DNA of 64,000 bases from an uncultured Candidatus Rokubacteria bacterium (GTDB lineage Bacteria > Methylomirabilota > Methylomirabilia > Rokubacteriales > DASRDR01): the NCBI GenBank assembly GCA_963708025.1, contig CAVPSB010000016.1, forward strand, positions 384,001 to 448,000. The letters run 5' to 3'. The notes beneath the pieces are model-generated. The model worked only from the letters and a program-made list of their open reading frames with translations. It ran no database searches and was not told where the DNA came from. The translations under genes and the position numbers were made by a program. The stretch's first letter is position 1, and every line of letters begins with the position of its first letter. Positions 31,185 to 40,567 of the stretch are shown here, piece by piece.

Positions 31185-31379
31185 ATGGAGTCCTTGCCGC
31201 GCACGGCGACCTTCGTCGTCCGAGTCAGCGAGGGGGAGGCCCGGGAGCTGACCGGGACCGTCGAACGAGCGCTGACCGGGGAGCGGCACCCGTTCCGCGG
31301 CGCGGAGGCGCTCGCGAGCCTGATCGCGCAGCTGGCGGGGCGCCCGACGACCGATCCCCCCGCGCGGGGTGGCCACTGA
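31185..31379 (+). CDS. 64-aa uncharacterised protein, paralog of 28437-28610
   Basis: [43 protein letters not shown]. Confidence 0.6.
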   Translation: MESLPRTATFVVRVSEGEARELTGTVERALTGERHPFRGAEALASLIAQLAGRPTTDPPARGGH

Positions 31380-31510
31380 CGCCCCGTGAGGCTTCCCGAC
31401 CCTCGCCAAGCATGGGTCGCTGGCAACTCGGCGGCAGGCCGGCGGGGCTACTCCCGGGCGGACCCGGCCCCGACTCCGGCGTCGGCTCCGGCTCCAGCTC
31501 CGGCCTCGGC

Positions 31511-31765
31511 TCAGGCCATGGACCACCGGCGCTGGAGCGCGCGGAAGATCCCGAGCGTGGGCAGCGTCGCCAGCCACAGGATCGCGGCCAGCCACAGGGC
31601 GGCGGCCCCGCCGCTCCGATCGATCAGGTAGCCGGCCTAGCCCCGGGACGACACCCATGCACGCGTAGTAGAGCGCGTAGAAGAGGCCGAAGCCCGTGCT
31701 GCGGCTCCGCGGCGGGAGCACCTCGCCGGGCAGCGCCACCACGCCTGCGGCGGGCGCGACCAGGA
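31511..31765 (-). pseudogene. C-terminal remnant of an MFS transporter
   Basis: [24 protein letters not shown]...[20 protein letters not shown] (frameshifted). Confidence 0.6.
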
Positions 31766-31769
31766 GACC

Positions 31770-31945
31770 CACGCGGAAGCGGTTGACGATGGGCAGGCGC
31801 CAGTCGCGGCCGAACGCCCGCGGGGTGATCTTCACATCGATCGGCCCCCGGCGGCGCTTGTACTCGTTGACGTCCACCATGCGCACCACGCACGGTCTCC
31901 TCGGCGGAGCCGCGGGCGACCACCAGGGCGTGGAAGAGCGGGTCA
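31770..31945 (-). pseudogene. nadE: C-terminal remnant of glutamine-dependent NAD+ synthetase
   Basis: [38 protein letters not shown]. Confidence 0.7.
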
Positions 31946-32065
31946 CGGCACGTGCCTGACCGCACTCACGAGCTCTTGCCGGGCCCGAGGAAGGTGGTCA
32001 ACGTGAAGACCACCCGCGTGTCTCGGAGGACCGGACTGCTGGCTCTTCTCTGCGGGATGGTCGCG

Positions 32066-32410
32066 CTACGGGAAGCGGACCAGCGCCAGCGCCCGCGCTT
32101 CCAGCAGCTCGACCTCGAGACGGACGGGGATCTCGTGCGCCCCGGTGAGCCGGGCGACCCGCTCGGCCGGCAGGAACAGGATGACCTTGGGCGGCTCCAG
32201 CTCCCGGCCCACGGCTTCCGGCCGAAAGCCCTCGGCGACCAGCCGCTCCGCCTCGCCGTCGGGGATCACGTACGCGGCCTCGGCATCGGCGAGGATGCGG
32301 CGGAGTCGCATCCACACGCCTTTCGCGTGGTGTCGCTGGCGGTACTCCCAGGCCCGCACGGCGACGCGCGATCGCACCTGGCGGACGCGGCGCCGGAGAT
32401 CGTCGCTCAC
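32066..32410 (-). CDS. Hypothetical protein (114 aa)
   Basis: Intact ORF with coding-like codon bias; GTGA overlap with the upstream gene. Confidence 0.6.
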   Translation of the reverse strand: MSDDLRRRVRQVRSRVAVRAWEYRQRHHAKGVWMRLRRILADAEAAYVIPDGEAERLVAEGFRPEAVGRELEPPKVILFLPAERVARLTGAHEIPVRLEVELLEARALALVRFP

Positions 32411-33160
32411 GGCAGGTCCTCCTCGCCCGTCTCCAGCCGCCGCAGCAACGCGGCGACCCGCGCCCGCTCTCCCCGCGGGTCGGGCATCCCGGGGCGTGGC
32501 GCCATGAGGGAGAGGAGCGTCAGGCTGGAACGGGCGACGTGGCGCAGCTCGGGCCGGAGCCCGCGATAGGTCGTGTCGAGCTCCCGGAGGTCGTCCGGGC
32601 TCGCCGTCATCAACAGGCCCAGCGCCACGAGCAGGTCCCGGTCACCCTTCTCGCCGGTCCGGTCCGTCACGAGCTTCTTCAGGACCAGGCCCGACCGGGC
32701 GTGTGCAACGGCAGTCGGGCGCCGTCGATCCCGATCAGGTGGCCGGCCTTCACCGAGCGACAGCGGACCGAACGCCTCAGGGGAAGCTGGGGATCCGCAC
32801 GGAGGTAGGTGACGCCGGGATGCTCGCCGGGTCCATGGCGACGAAGTTCACCACGAGCAGATCGTCGGCCTCGGGGACGCAGGACCGAGAGCTCCTCGGC
32901 CGAGAGCCGGAACCTCGACAGGACTCCCACGCGGCGCTTCGCCGCCGCATGATGGCTGACGGGAACCGGCGATGTCGACGTCCTGCGACATGACCAGAGA
33001 GGACGCGGCACGCCGGCTGGAGCAGGTTGGGCACCTCGGAGCCGACGATGACGGACGTTGGGCTCCTCGAAGCACCGATCGCCAGCTCTCAGCGTCGCGA
33101 AGAGACGGTCGCGAGAAGGTCACCGTTCGACGCCTAGGGAGGACGGCTGCCGAAGTCCAA
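32407..33160 (-). pseudogene. Multiply frameshifted nucleotidyltransferase-like gene
   Basis: Stitched VIVGSEVPNLLQP..SSLVMSQDVDIA (GS..DxD) ... KKLVTDRTGEKGDRDLLVALGLL...; intact 3' part is 32407-32670. Confidence 0.45.
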
Positions 33161-33370
33161 GGGTCCGGCCCCCGCGGCGTCGGGCCGACGAGGGTCGGGT
33201 CGGCCGTCGGGGCGAGAAACCCGGGTCGGAATCGCACAGTCGCGCGCTGGGCGCAGCACCGACGCCGGCACCAGCCCGCCGAGGCCGGGTACGCGGCAGC
33301 GCGAGGCGCGGAATTGGAGGCCGGCGATTTCTCTTGCGCGGCCCTGAACCTCGGGCGGAGAAGAAAGTCG

Positions 33371-33849
33371 TCAGCGGGCGGCTTCGAGCCGCTGGAGGCG
33401 ACCCTCGAGCTCCGCGTACCGCTGGCCGAGCTCGCCGACGCGGTGTTCGAGGGTCTGGATCTTCCGGTCGAGCTCCGCGTACGAGACAGCGCATCATCGC
33501 GCTGAGCTCGCGCTGCGCGCGCAGGATCTCCTCGCGGAGGTTGGCTTCCAGCCGCGGTGAGCGCGCTCGGAAAGCGCGGTGACGCCTTCGGCAACCGAGC
33601 CGGATGTCACCACGCAGAGCCTCTGCGACCACGTCGAAATGGCGACGGGTCTCGACGCCGTCGCGTCAACGTGGTGGCGCGTCGTCCACCGCCGTCGCAT
33701 CGACGTGGCGGCGCGTCTCCACCGCCGTCGCGTGGACGTGACGCCGCGTCTCGACCGCCCCCGCGTCGGCATAGCGGCGCGTCTCGACCGCGCTCGTCTC
33801 GACCTGACGGAGGATCTCCGTCGAAAGCCGCGACGGAGCTCCCGTCCAT
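33371..33849 (-). pseudogene. Coiled-coil protein with 11-aa tandem repeats (several frameshifts)
   Basis: AVETRRYADAG/AVETRRHVHAT/AVETRRHVDAT...VVAEALRGDIRL..AEGV...SYAELDRKIQTLEHRV...LEAAR*. Confidence 0.6.
33630..33803. repeat. 33-bp coding tandem repeat (about 5 units)
   Basis: Recurring GCGGCGCGTCTCGACCGC-like core at about 33-bp spacing. Confidence 0.7.
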
Positions 33850-33946
33850 CGCGCGGCCCATCCTACACGGTCCCAGGCGGCGTGAAAAGGACAGGGGGTG
33901 ACTCTGGCGCGACGCGCGCCGAGGGTCGACTGACCGGCTCGCGCCG

Positions 33947-34835
33947 TCAGGCGCTCCGCAGTCGCGGGTCCAGGTAGTCGCGGAGGCTGTCGCCCACCAC
34001 GTTGAAGGCGAGCGTGAGGCTCAGGATGGCCAGGCCGGGGAACGTGGCGATCCACCACTGCTCGAAGTGGTTCCGGCCGGCGGCGATCATCGACCCCCAC
34101 TCGGGGATCTCGGGCGGGGGTCCGAGCCCGAGGAAGCTCAGGGAGGCGAAGGTCAGGATCGCCTGGCCCACGTCCAGCGTGCCGATGACGACGACCGACG
34201 AGATCAGGTTCGGCAGGATGACGCGCGACAGCACCCGCGAGTCGGAGGCGCCCAAGCGAGTAGGCGGCCTGCACGTACTCCCGCTCCCGCACCGACAGCA
34301 CCAGCCCGCGGACCAGCCGCGCGTAGGTCGGCCACCACGCGATCATGATGGCGATCACGGCGTTGCGGATGCCGGCGCCGAGGGCGGCCGTGATCACCAG
34401 GGCCAGGATCACCGTGGGAAACGCCAGCATCAGGTCGGTCGCCCGCATCATCGTCTCGTCGGCCACGCCGCCGACGAACCCGGCGATGGCCCCGACGAGC
34501 GTCCCCAGCACCGCCGCCAGGACCACGGCCCCCATGCCGACCGGGATCGAGATGCGCGCGCCGTACAGGATGCGGCTCAGGATGTCGCGCCCCAGGGCGT
34601 CGGTGCCCAGCCAGTGGCCGGCGGTGGGTGGCGCGAGTCGGCCCGCGATGTCCTGCTCCAGCGGCTCGTAGGGCGCCACGGCCGGCGCCGCCGCCGCCAG
34701 CACCAGCCACGCCCCGACGATCGACGCGGCGACGATGGCCAGCGGCGAGCGCCGGAAGGGCGACGGGATCGACCGCACCCAGGCGGCCCCGCGACCCACC
34801 GGCGCCCGCCCGGACGACTCGAGGGCGACGTCCAT
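33947..34835 (-). CDS. ABC peptide permease (DppC type; frameshift near 34255)
   Basis: HWLGTDALGRD, YARLVRG, EYVQAA; second frame ILPN..LSFLGLG..PEWG. Confidence 0.88.
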
Positions 34836-34842
34836 CGCGCCG

Positions 34843-35883
34843 CTACCCGGCCACCTGGATCCGCGGGTCGATGAAGGCGTACGCCACGTCCACCAGCAGG
34901 TTGACGCCCACGTAGATCGCCGCCACCACCATCCCGACGCCCATGATGGCCGGGAAGTCGAGCGAGGTCGCGCTGCGGAACGCGTAGAGCCCGAGCCCGG
35001 GCCAGGCGAAGACGCTCTCGATGATCACGGCCCCCGAGAGCAGCCGGCCGAAGCCGAGGCCGATGACGGTCACCACCGGGATGAGCGCGTTCCGCGCGGC
35101 GTGCCGCAGCACCACGGTGGTCTCGGCCAGCCCCTTGGCGCGCGCCGTCCGGACGTAGTCCTCGCCGAGCACGTCCAGCGTGCTGCCCCGCATGAGCCGG
35201 GCCAGCACGCCGAGGTTGTACGTCGAGAGGACCAGCGCCGGCAGCATCAGGTGACCCAGGGTGTCGGCGGCGACGTCGGGGCGGCCGGCCAGCAGCGAAT
35301 CGATCAGGAGGAAGCCCGTCACCAGCGGCGGCGCCGCGAGCGTCGCGCTCAGGCGGCCGGGCGCCGGCGCCCAGCCGAGGTGGGCGTAGAAGACGAGCAG
35401 CGCCACCAGCCCGAGCCAGAAGATCGGCATCGACACCCCGACCAGCGAGGCGACCCGCGTGAGCTGGTCGAGCACGCTGTCGCGCCGGGCGGCCGAGAGG
35501 AGCCCGAGCGGGATCCCCAGCACGATGCTCAGGACCATGGCCACCAGCGACAGCTCGATCGTCGCCGGGAAGTGCTGGCGGAGGTCGAGCACGACCGGCT
35601 GGCGCGTGGAGATCGATCGCCCCAGGTCGCCGTGGAGGAGGTTCCAGACGTAGATCGCGTACTGCTCGGGGAGGGGCCGGTCGAGCCCCCACTGCTGGCG
35701 GAAGGCGGCCACCGCCGCCGGGTCGGCGGCGGCCTGCTCGCCGAGGTTGGCGGTGACCGGGTCGGCCGGCACCGCGTGGGACAGGACGAAGCTCAGGAGG
35801 GTGATGCCGAGCAGCATCGGCCCGAGCAGCAGGAGCCGCCGGGCGACGTAGAGCCGCAGTCCGGTCAGGATCGGGACCTCCAC
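34843..35883 (-). CDS. ABC peptide permease (DppB type)
   Basis: GDLGRS, PATIEL, DYVRTARAKG, ESVFAWPGLG. Confidence 0.92.
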   Translation of the reverse strand: MEVPILTGLRLYVARRLLLLGPMLLGITLLSFVLSHAVPADPVTANLGEQAAADPAAVAAFRQQWGLDRPLPEQYAIYVWNLLHGDLGRSISTRQPVVLDLRQHFPATIELSLVAMVLSIVLGIPLGLLSAARRDSVLDQLTRVASLVGVSMPIFWLGLVALLVFYAHLGWAPAPGRLSATLAAPPLVTGFLLIDSLLAGRPDVAADTLGHLMLPALVLSTYNLGVLARLMRGSTLDVLGEDYVRTARAKGLAETTVVLRHAARNALIPVVTVIGLGFGRLLSGAVIIESVFAWPGLGLYAFRSATSLDFPAIMGVGMVVAAIYVGVNLLVDVAYAFIDPRIQVAG

Positions 35884-35894
35884 GCGCCACTCAA

Positions 35895-35975
35895 TCCCCC
35901 GACGGCTTTCGGCCCTTGGCTCCGGCCATCCCGTGGGTTCCGCTCGAGACGGCCTTCGGCCTGCTGGCGGGGGGC
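35895..35975. repeat. Intergenic repeat with two reverse copies of the GGCCGAAGGCCGTC module
   Basis: GACGGCTTTCGGCCCTTGG (35901-35919) and GACGGCCTTCGGCCTG (35948-35963). Confidence 0.6.
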
Positions 35976-36016
35976 AGGGGGGTCGCCGAGCCGCGCGAGG
36001 TCACCCGGGGCGTGTC

Positions 36017-37628
36017 CTACTTGGCTCACGGTCCAGAAATCGACCCCCCACACGCTGTTGAAGGTAACCCCCTTGACGCTCGCGCGGAAGGCGTAGGGGA
36101 CCGCCGGCTGGAAGAGCGGCGCGTAGGGGCCGATCTGGGCCAGCCGCTCCTCGAAGCGGCGGTAGAGCCCGGCGCTCTTGCCCGGGTCGACCTCCGTCTC
36201 GGCCGCGTTGGCCATCTCGGCCAGCTCCTTGGCCTCCGGACTCCCCTCCGGCAGCCAGCCGGCCCGCTTCCCGACCGTCCGCCCCGGGCCGTAGACCAGG
36301 AAGTCGTTGCCGTCCGGGTAGTCGGCCGCCCAGCTCCAGACCCCGAGCTGGTTCTTCCCGTCCCGGTAGAGCTGCAGCGCCGTCGCCCGCGGCAGCCCGT
36401 TCAGCGTGATCCGCATACCGGCCGCGTTGAGGTCGGACTGGACCTTCTGGACCAGCAGGCTCATCTGCACGCCCCAGATGGTCGAGTCGCTGGCGTAGGT
36501 GAGGGTGCCCCGGACCTCCCCGAGGTTCGCTTCCTTCAGGAGGTCCCTGGCCTTGTTCCGATCGGTCCGGACGGCCTGCTTGGGATCCAGCGAGCCCGGG
36601 AACATGGTCGGGATGACGCCGGCCAGCCGCACGGATCCCCCGCCGGCCAGGGTCATGATCCCCTCGTAGTCGAGGGCGTACCGCACCGCCTGCTGGACCT
36701 TGGGGTTCGCGAACGGGCCGCCGACCTGGGGGTCGTTGTTCATCAGGACGTAGAACGTCGTGGCGGCGGGGCTGGTCCGGGCCACCACGCCCGCGCTGTT
36801 CCGCAGCACCCGGATCTGGTCCTGGTCCAGGCCGGTCGCGATGTCGAGATCCCCCCGCTCGAGCTGGAGCTTCTGGGTCGCCGGCTCGGTGATGTTCCGG
36901 ATCACGATGCGGTCGAGCTTGGGCGCTCCCCGCCAGTGCTGCGGGTTCTTGACCAGCACCACCTCCTGGTCGGGCACGTACCGCTCCAGGATGTAGGCGC
37001 CGCTCCCCGCCGAGCGGCCGTTCAGGAAGCTCTCCGCCTTGTCCTTGTCCTTGGCGCCGGCACTCGCGTCACCACCCTGCTCGGTGACCAGCTTGCTGTC
37101 GAGCACCCCCAGGCTGGGGCTGGACAGGATCGGCAGGAGCGCCGGGTTCGGCGCTTTCAGCCGGATCACGACGGTGGCCGGATCGGGGGCCCGGATCTCT
37201 TCCACGGTGCTCAGCAGGAACCCCGGGTTGCTCTTGATGCCCTGGACCCGCTCGAAGGACCACTTGACGTCGGCCGCCGTGAGCGGATTGCCGCTGGTGA
37301 ACTTGACGTTCGGCCGCAGCTTGAAGGTGTAGGTCTTCCCGTCCTCGGAGATCTTCCACTCCGTGGCCAGGGACGGCTTCGGGCTGCTCAGATTCTCGCC
37401 GTCGAACGTGACCAGCGAGTCGTAGGCCGCGTGGTTGACCATGTAGCTCGTCGTCTCCACGGTCCGGCCCGGGTCGAGGCTCTTGATGACGAAGTTCGCG
37501 CCGACGACGAGGGTCTTCTCCTGGGCGGCCGCCGGCCGTGCGAGAGGACCGGGGCCGACCGCCAGCAGGGCTCCGACGAGGCTCAGCGCGACGAGGTGAC
37601 GGGCCGACGCGATCGTGAAGGTGCTCAT
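36017..37628 (-). CDS. ABC peptide/nickel substrate-binding protein (family 5; terminal indel)
   Basis: AAGGAG RBS, signal peptide, LATEWKISEDGKTYTFKLRPNVKF, GSGAY; probable stop ...VSK* at 36017. Confidence 0.9.
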
Positions 37629-37857
37629 CCCCATCTCCTTGGCTGGTCGGTCGGACATCGTGGCACGCACCCGGGTGACTCGGCGCGCCGGCTACTATGA
37701 CAGGATTGCCAAGGCGCGACAAGGCCGGGCGGCGCGTGCCATCTCCGGCCGCTTTCCGTTCGTTCGGGGCCGGCGATGGACCGAAATGGTCCAGCCCCGC
37801 CGGCGTCCCATCCGGGAGAGGGCAATGATGCCGGCGGGTTAGCGTCGCTCCCGGTCC

Positions 37858-37873
37858 TGGTGTCACGGTTGCA
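37858..37873 (+). promoter_or_regulatory. Possible sigma54 -24/-12 promoter
   Basis: TGGTGT-CACGG-TTGCA (GG-N10-GC) about 64 bp upstream of the MshEN gene. Confidence 0.4.
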
Positions 37874-37913
37874 CCCATCCGCCGTGCGGCGAGCGCCCGA
37901 GGCCCGGCCGCAC

Positions 37914-37946
37914 CATGACGAGCCCATGACGAGCCCATGATGAGCA
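37914..37946 (+). repeat. 11-bp tandem repeat x3 at gene start
   Basis: CATGACGAGCC-CATGACGAGCC-CATGATGAGCA. Confidence 0.75.
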
Positions 37947-38993
37947 AGGACGCCGCGTCACCGAATCAGGGAGCCCCCGGCTCCGAGCCCTCCGACGCCG
38001 CGGTGCTGGCGATGCTGCAGCGGATCGCGGCGCGGCACGGGCCGACCGCCGCCGGCCGGAGGGCCCAGCCGGCCGCCCCCGGCCCACCAGCGCCGTCGAT
38101 CGCCGCCCCGGCGTCCGGCAAGCCCGCGAGCGAGAGCCGAGAGCCCTCCCTCCGGCGGCGCCGCCTGGGAGAGATCCTGCTCGACGAAGGGCTCGTCACC
38201 AAGGAGCAGCTCGAGGCGGCGCTGCGGCTCCAGGCGGAGGAGCGCCCCGGTGTTCCGGTCGGCCAGCTCCTGGTCTATCAGGGCGCCATCACCCAGCGCC
38301 AGCTCGGCGCCATCCTCGACAAGTATCGCCTGGGGAACTTCCTGGTCGAGACGAACGTCATCTCCGAGCAGCAGCTCGAGACTGCGCTGCAGCGGCAGAA
38401 GCGGACGAACCACCCGCTCGGCAACGTGCTCGTTCAGCTCGGGTTCCTCACCGAGCCGCAGCTCCGCCAGGCCCTCGCGACGCAGCTCGGGATCGCCTTC
38501 GTCGACCTCGACCGGATGACGCTCGATCCAGGGCTCGCCCAGGTGATCGACCGCGACTATGCCCGGCGTCACCGGGTGGTCCCGATCCGTCGCACGGCCG
38601 ATCGCGTCACGATCGCCATGGACGATCCCGCCGACTACTCGGTCATCGGGGCGCTGTGGGTCTCCGCGGCGTGCAAGATCGACGTCGTCACCGCCACCGG
38701 CGCCGCCCTCCGGCGAGCCTTCGGCCGCGTCTACGGGGATCGCCCCGCCCGCGCCCCCGGTGGCGCCCGACGACCCGGCGATGCGCGAGCTCCGGGAGCG
38801 GCACACCGAGACGGTGCGACGGCTGACCGCGCTCCGAGCCGCGTCGGAGCGGGTTCGCCACGATCTCGACGTCGGCGCCCGCCTCCTGCAGGGGATCGAG
38901 CGACCCTCCGGGGAGCCGACGGCGCCGCCGGCCGGACCGCCTCCGGCCTCCGCCCCCGGCACTCGCCCCGGCGACAGATCCCCCCAGCCCTGA
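37937..38993 (+). CDS. Stand-alone MshEN/GspE-N (T2SSE_N) protein without ATPase; probable coiled-coil tail after a frameshift near 38755
   Basis: RRLGEILLDEGLVTKEQLEAALRLQ, YRLGNFLVETNVISEQQLETALQRQ, PLGNVLVQLG, IAMDDP; no Walker A. Confidence 0.8.
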
Positions 38994-39035
38994 CAATCGG
39001 CCGTGGGCGGCCGTGGGGGTTGGTAAGATGACCCC

Positions 39036-39521
39036 GTGGGACTCGAGCAAGCGCTCAGCCAGACGCTGACCCAGGCGATCCGGGACAGGGACCAGCCGAC
39101 GGCCGACGTCGTGCGGATGATCAAGACGCGGCTCGCCGAGCGGCGAACCGCGAAGGGCTTCACGGGCGAGGTGGACGACGCCATCGTCCTCGAGGTCATC
39201 GGCGCCTATCGCAAGCAGCTCCAGAAGGCGCTGGTCGAGTTCGAGAAGGTCGGCGAGCGCGGCGCCGCCCAGGCCGCCCGGCTCCGCTTCGAGATCGAGT
39301 TCTGTGACCGCTACCTGCCCCGGCGCCTCGACGAGGCGGCCCTGCGCGGCTTGATCCAGGAGCGCCTCCGCGCCCTCGGCCTCACCGACCCCAGGCAGGT
39401 CGGCCGGCTCGTCGGCGATGTCATGAAGACCCACAAGGGACAGGCGGACGCCGGCGAGGTGAAGCGCCTCGCCGAGGAGCTCCTGGCGGGCCCTGGCAGC
39501 TCATTCGACCTCGCCCGCTGA
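39036..39521 (+). CDS. GatB/YqeY domain protein
   Basis: L...L..AIR..D....VVRMIK; EIEFCDRYLPRRL; VGRLVGDVMK...GQADAG.V. Confidence 0.85.
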   Translation: MGLEQALSQTLTQAIRDRDQPTADVVRMIKTRLAERRTAKGFTGEVDDAIVLEVIGAYRKQLQKALVEFEKVGERGAAQAARLRFEIEFCDRYLPRRLDEAALRGLIQERLRALGLTDPRQVGRLVGDVMKTHKGQADAGEVKRLAEELLAGPGSSFDLAR

Positions 39522-39582
39522 CCGGGAAGGGGAGCCTCTGAACCCTCCCGGGATTTATCGCGGCGGTCGGATACCCATGTCA

Positions 39583-39613
39583 GACGCGATGCGATGCTCA
39601 TCGCCCCCGCCCG
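39583..39613. repeat. Right-arm fragment of the composite repeat
   Basis: GACGCGATGCGATGCTCATCGCCCCCGCCCG matches 8365-8395; abuts the livM stop codon. Confidence 0.7.
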
Positions 39614-40540
39614 TCAACGGTTGGCGCCGGCCGGGCGGCCGGGGATGGGGATGCGCGGCAGGCGCTCGGGGATCAGGCCGGCGGGGCGGACCCGCAGGAC
39701 CAGGATCAGGCTCCCGCTGATCAACAGCTCCCGGATGGCGGCGCCCTGGACCGCGCTCAAGCCCGGCAAGAGCGGCACCACGAAGCGCGTGGATTCCAGA
39801 AAGAAGACCACCAGGAACGCGCCGACGACCGCGCCGCGGTTGTTGCCGACGCCGCCCGCCAGCAGCGCCAGCACGATGTAGATCGTGAGCAGCGGGCTGA
39901 AGATGTCCGGCGCGACGTAGGACGTGTAGTGGCCATAGAGCCCGCCGGCCAGCCCGAGAATGCCGGCGCTCGTCGCGAAGGCCTTGATCTTGAAGCTCAG
40001 CACGTGCTTGCCCGCCACCGCCGTCACCTGATCGTCGTCGCGGATGGCCCGCAGCACCCGGCCGAACGGGGAGTGATACAGACGCTGCAGGAGGACGTAC
40101 ACCGCCCCGATCACGATGGCGACGATCGCCAGATAGAGCAGGTTGAACTGCGGCGGCGTGAGCACGCCGCGGTAGGGGCCGGGAACACCCGAGATCCCGT
40201 CGGTGCCGTTGGCGAGCCAGAGCTCGTTGCTCGCGATGATCCGGACCGTCTCGGAGAAGCCGAGCGTCACGATCGCCAGATAGTCGCTCCGCAGCCGCGC
40301 GGTGACGAGCGCCACCAGCCCGCCGATCAGCGCCGCCAGCGCCCCGCCACACACGGGCCCGGCGGCGAGCGGCAGTCCCGCCTTGACCGTGAGCAGCGCC
40401 GACGCGTACGCCCCCACCGCGAAGAAGCCGGCCAGCCCGAGATTGATCATACCGGCCATGCCCCAGATGACGTTCATCCCGAGGGACATCAGCGCGTAGA
40501 TGCCGGCGAACACCGCCATGGAGACCAGGTAGTGTTCCAT
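39614..40540 (-). CDS. livM: Branched-chain amino acid ABC permease (LivM type)
   Basis: GMINLG, RLRSDYLAIVTLGF, SPFGRVLRAIRDD. Confidence 0.9.
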   Translation of the reverse strand: MEHYLVSMAVFAGIYALMSLGMNVIWGMAGMINLGLAGFFAVGAYASALLTVKAGLPLAAGPVCGGALAALIGGLVALVTARLRSDYLAIVTLGFSETVRIIASNELWLANGTDGISGVPGPYRGVLTPPQFNLLYLAIVAIVIGAVYVLLQRLYHSPFGRVLRAIRDDDQVTAVAGKHVLSFKIKAFATSAGILGLAGGLYGHYTSYVAPDIFSPLLTIYIVLALLAGGVGNNRGAVVGAFLVVFFLESTRFVVPLLPGLSAVQGAAIRELLISGSLILVLRVRPAGLIPERLPRIPIPGRPAGANR

Positions 40541-40567
40541 CGGAGGGGGGCGCCGCTCGCCGGGGCG

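Noticed and set aside
33630-33803. CRISPR array
   Set aside because: The repeats are in-frame 33-bp coding units without unique spacers; no cas genes
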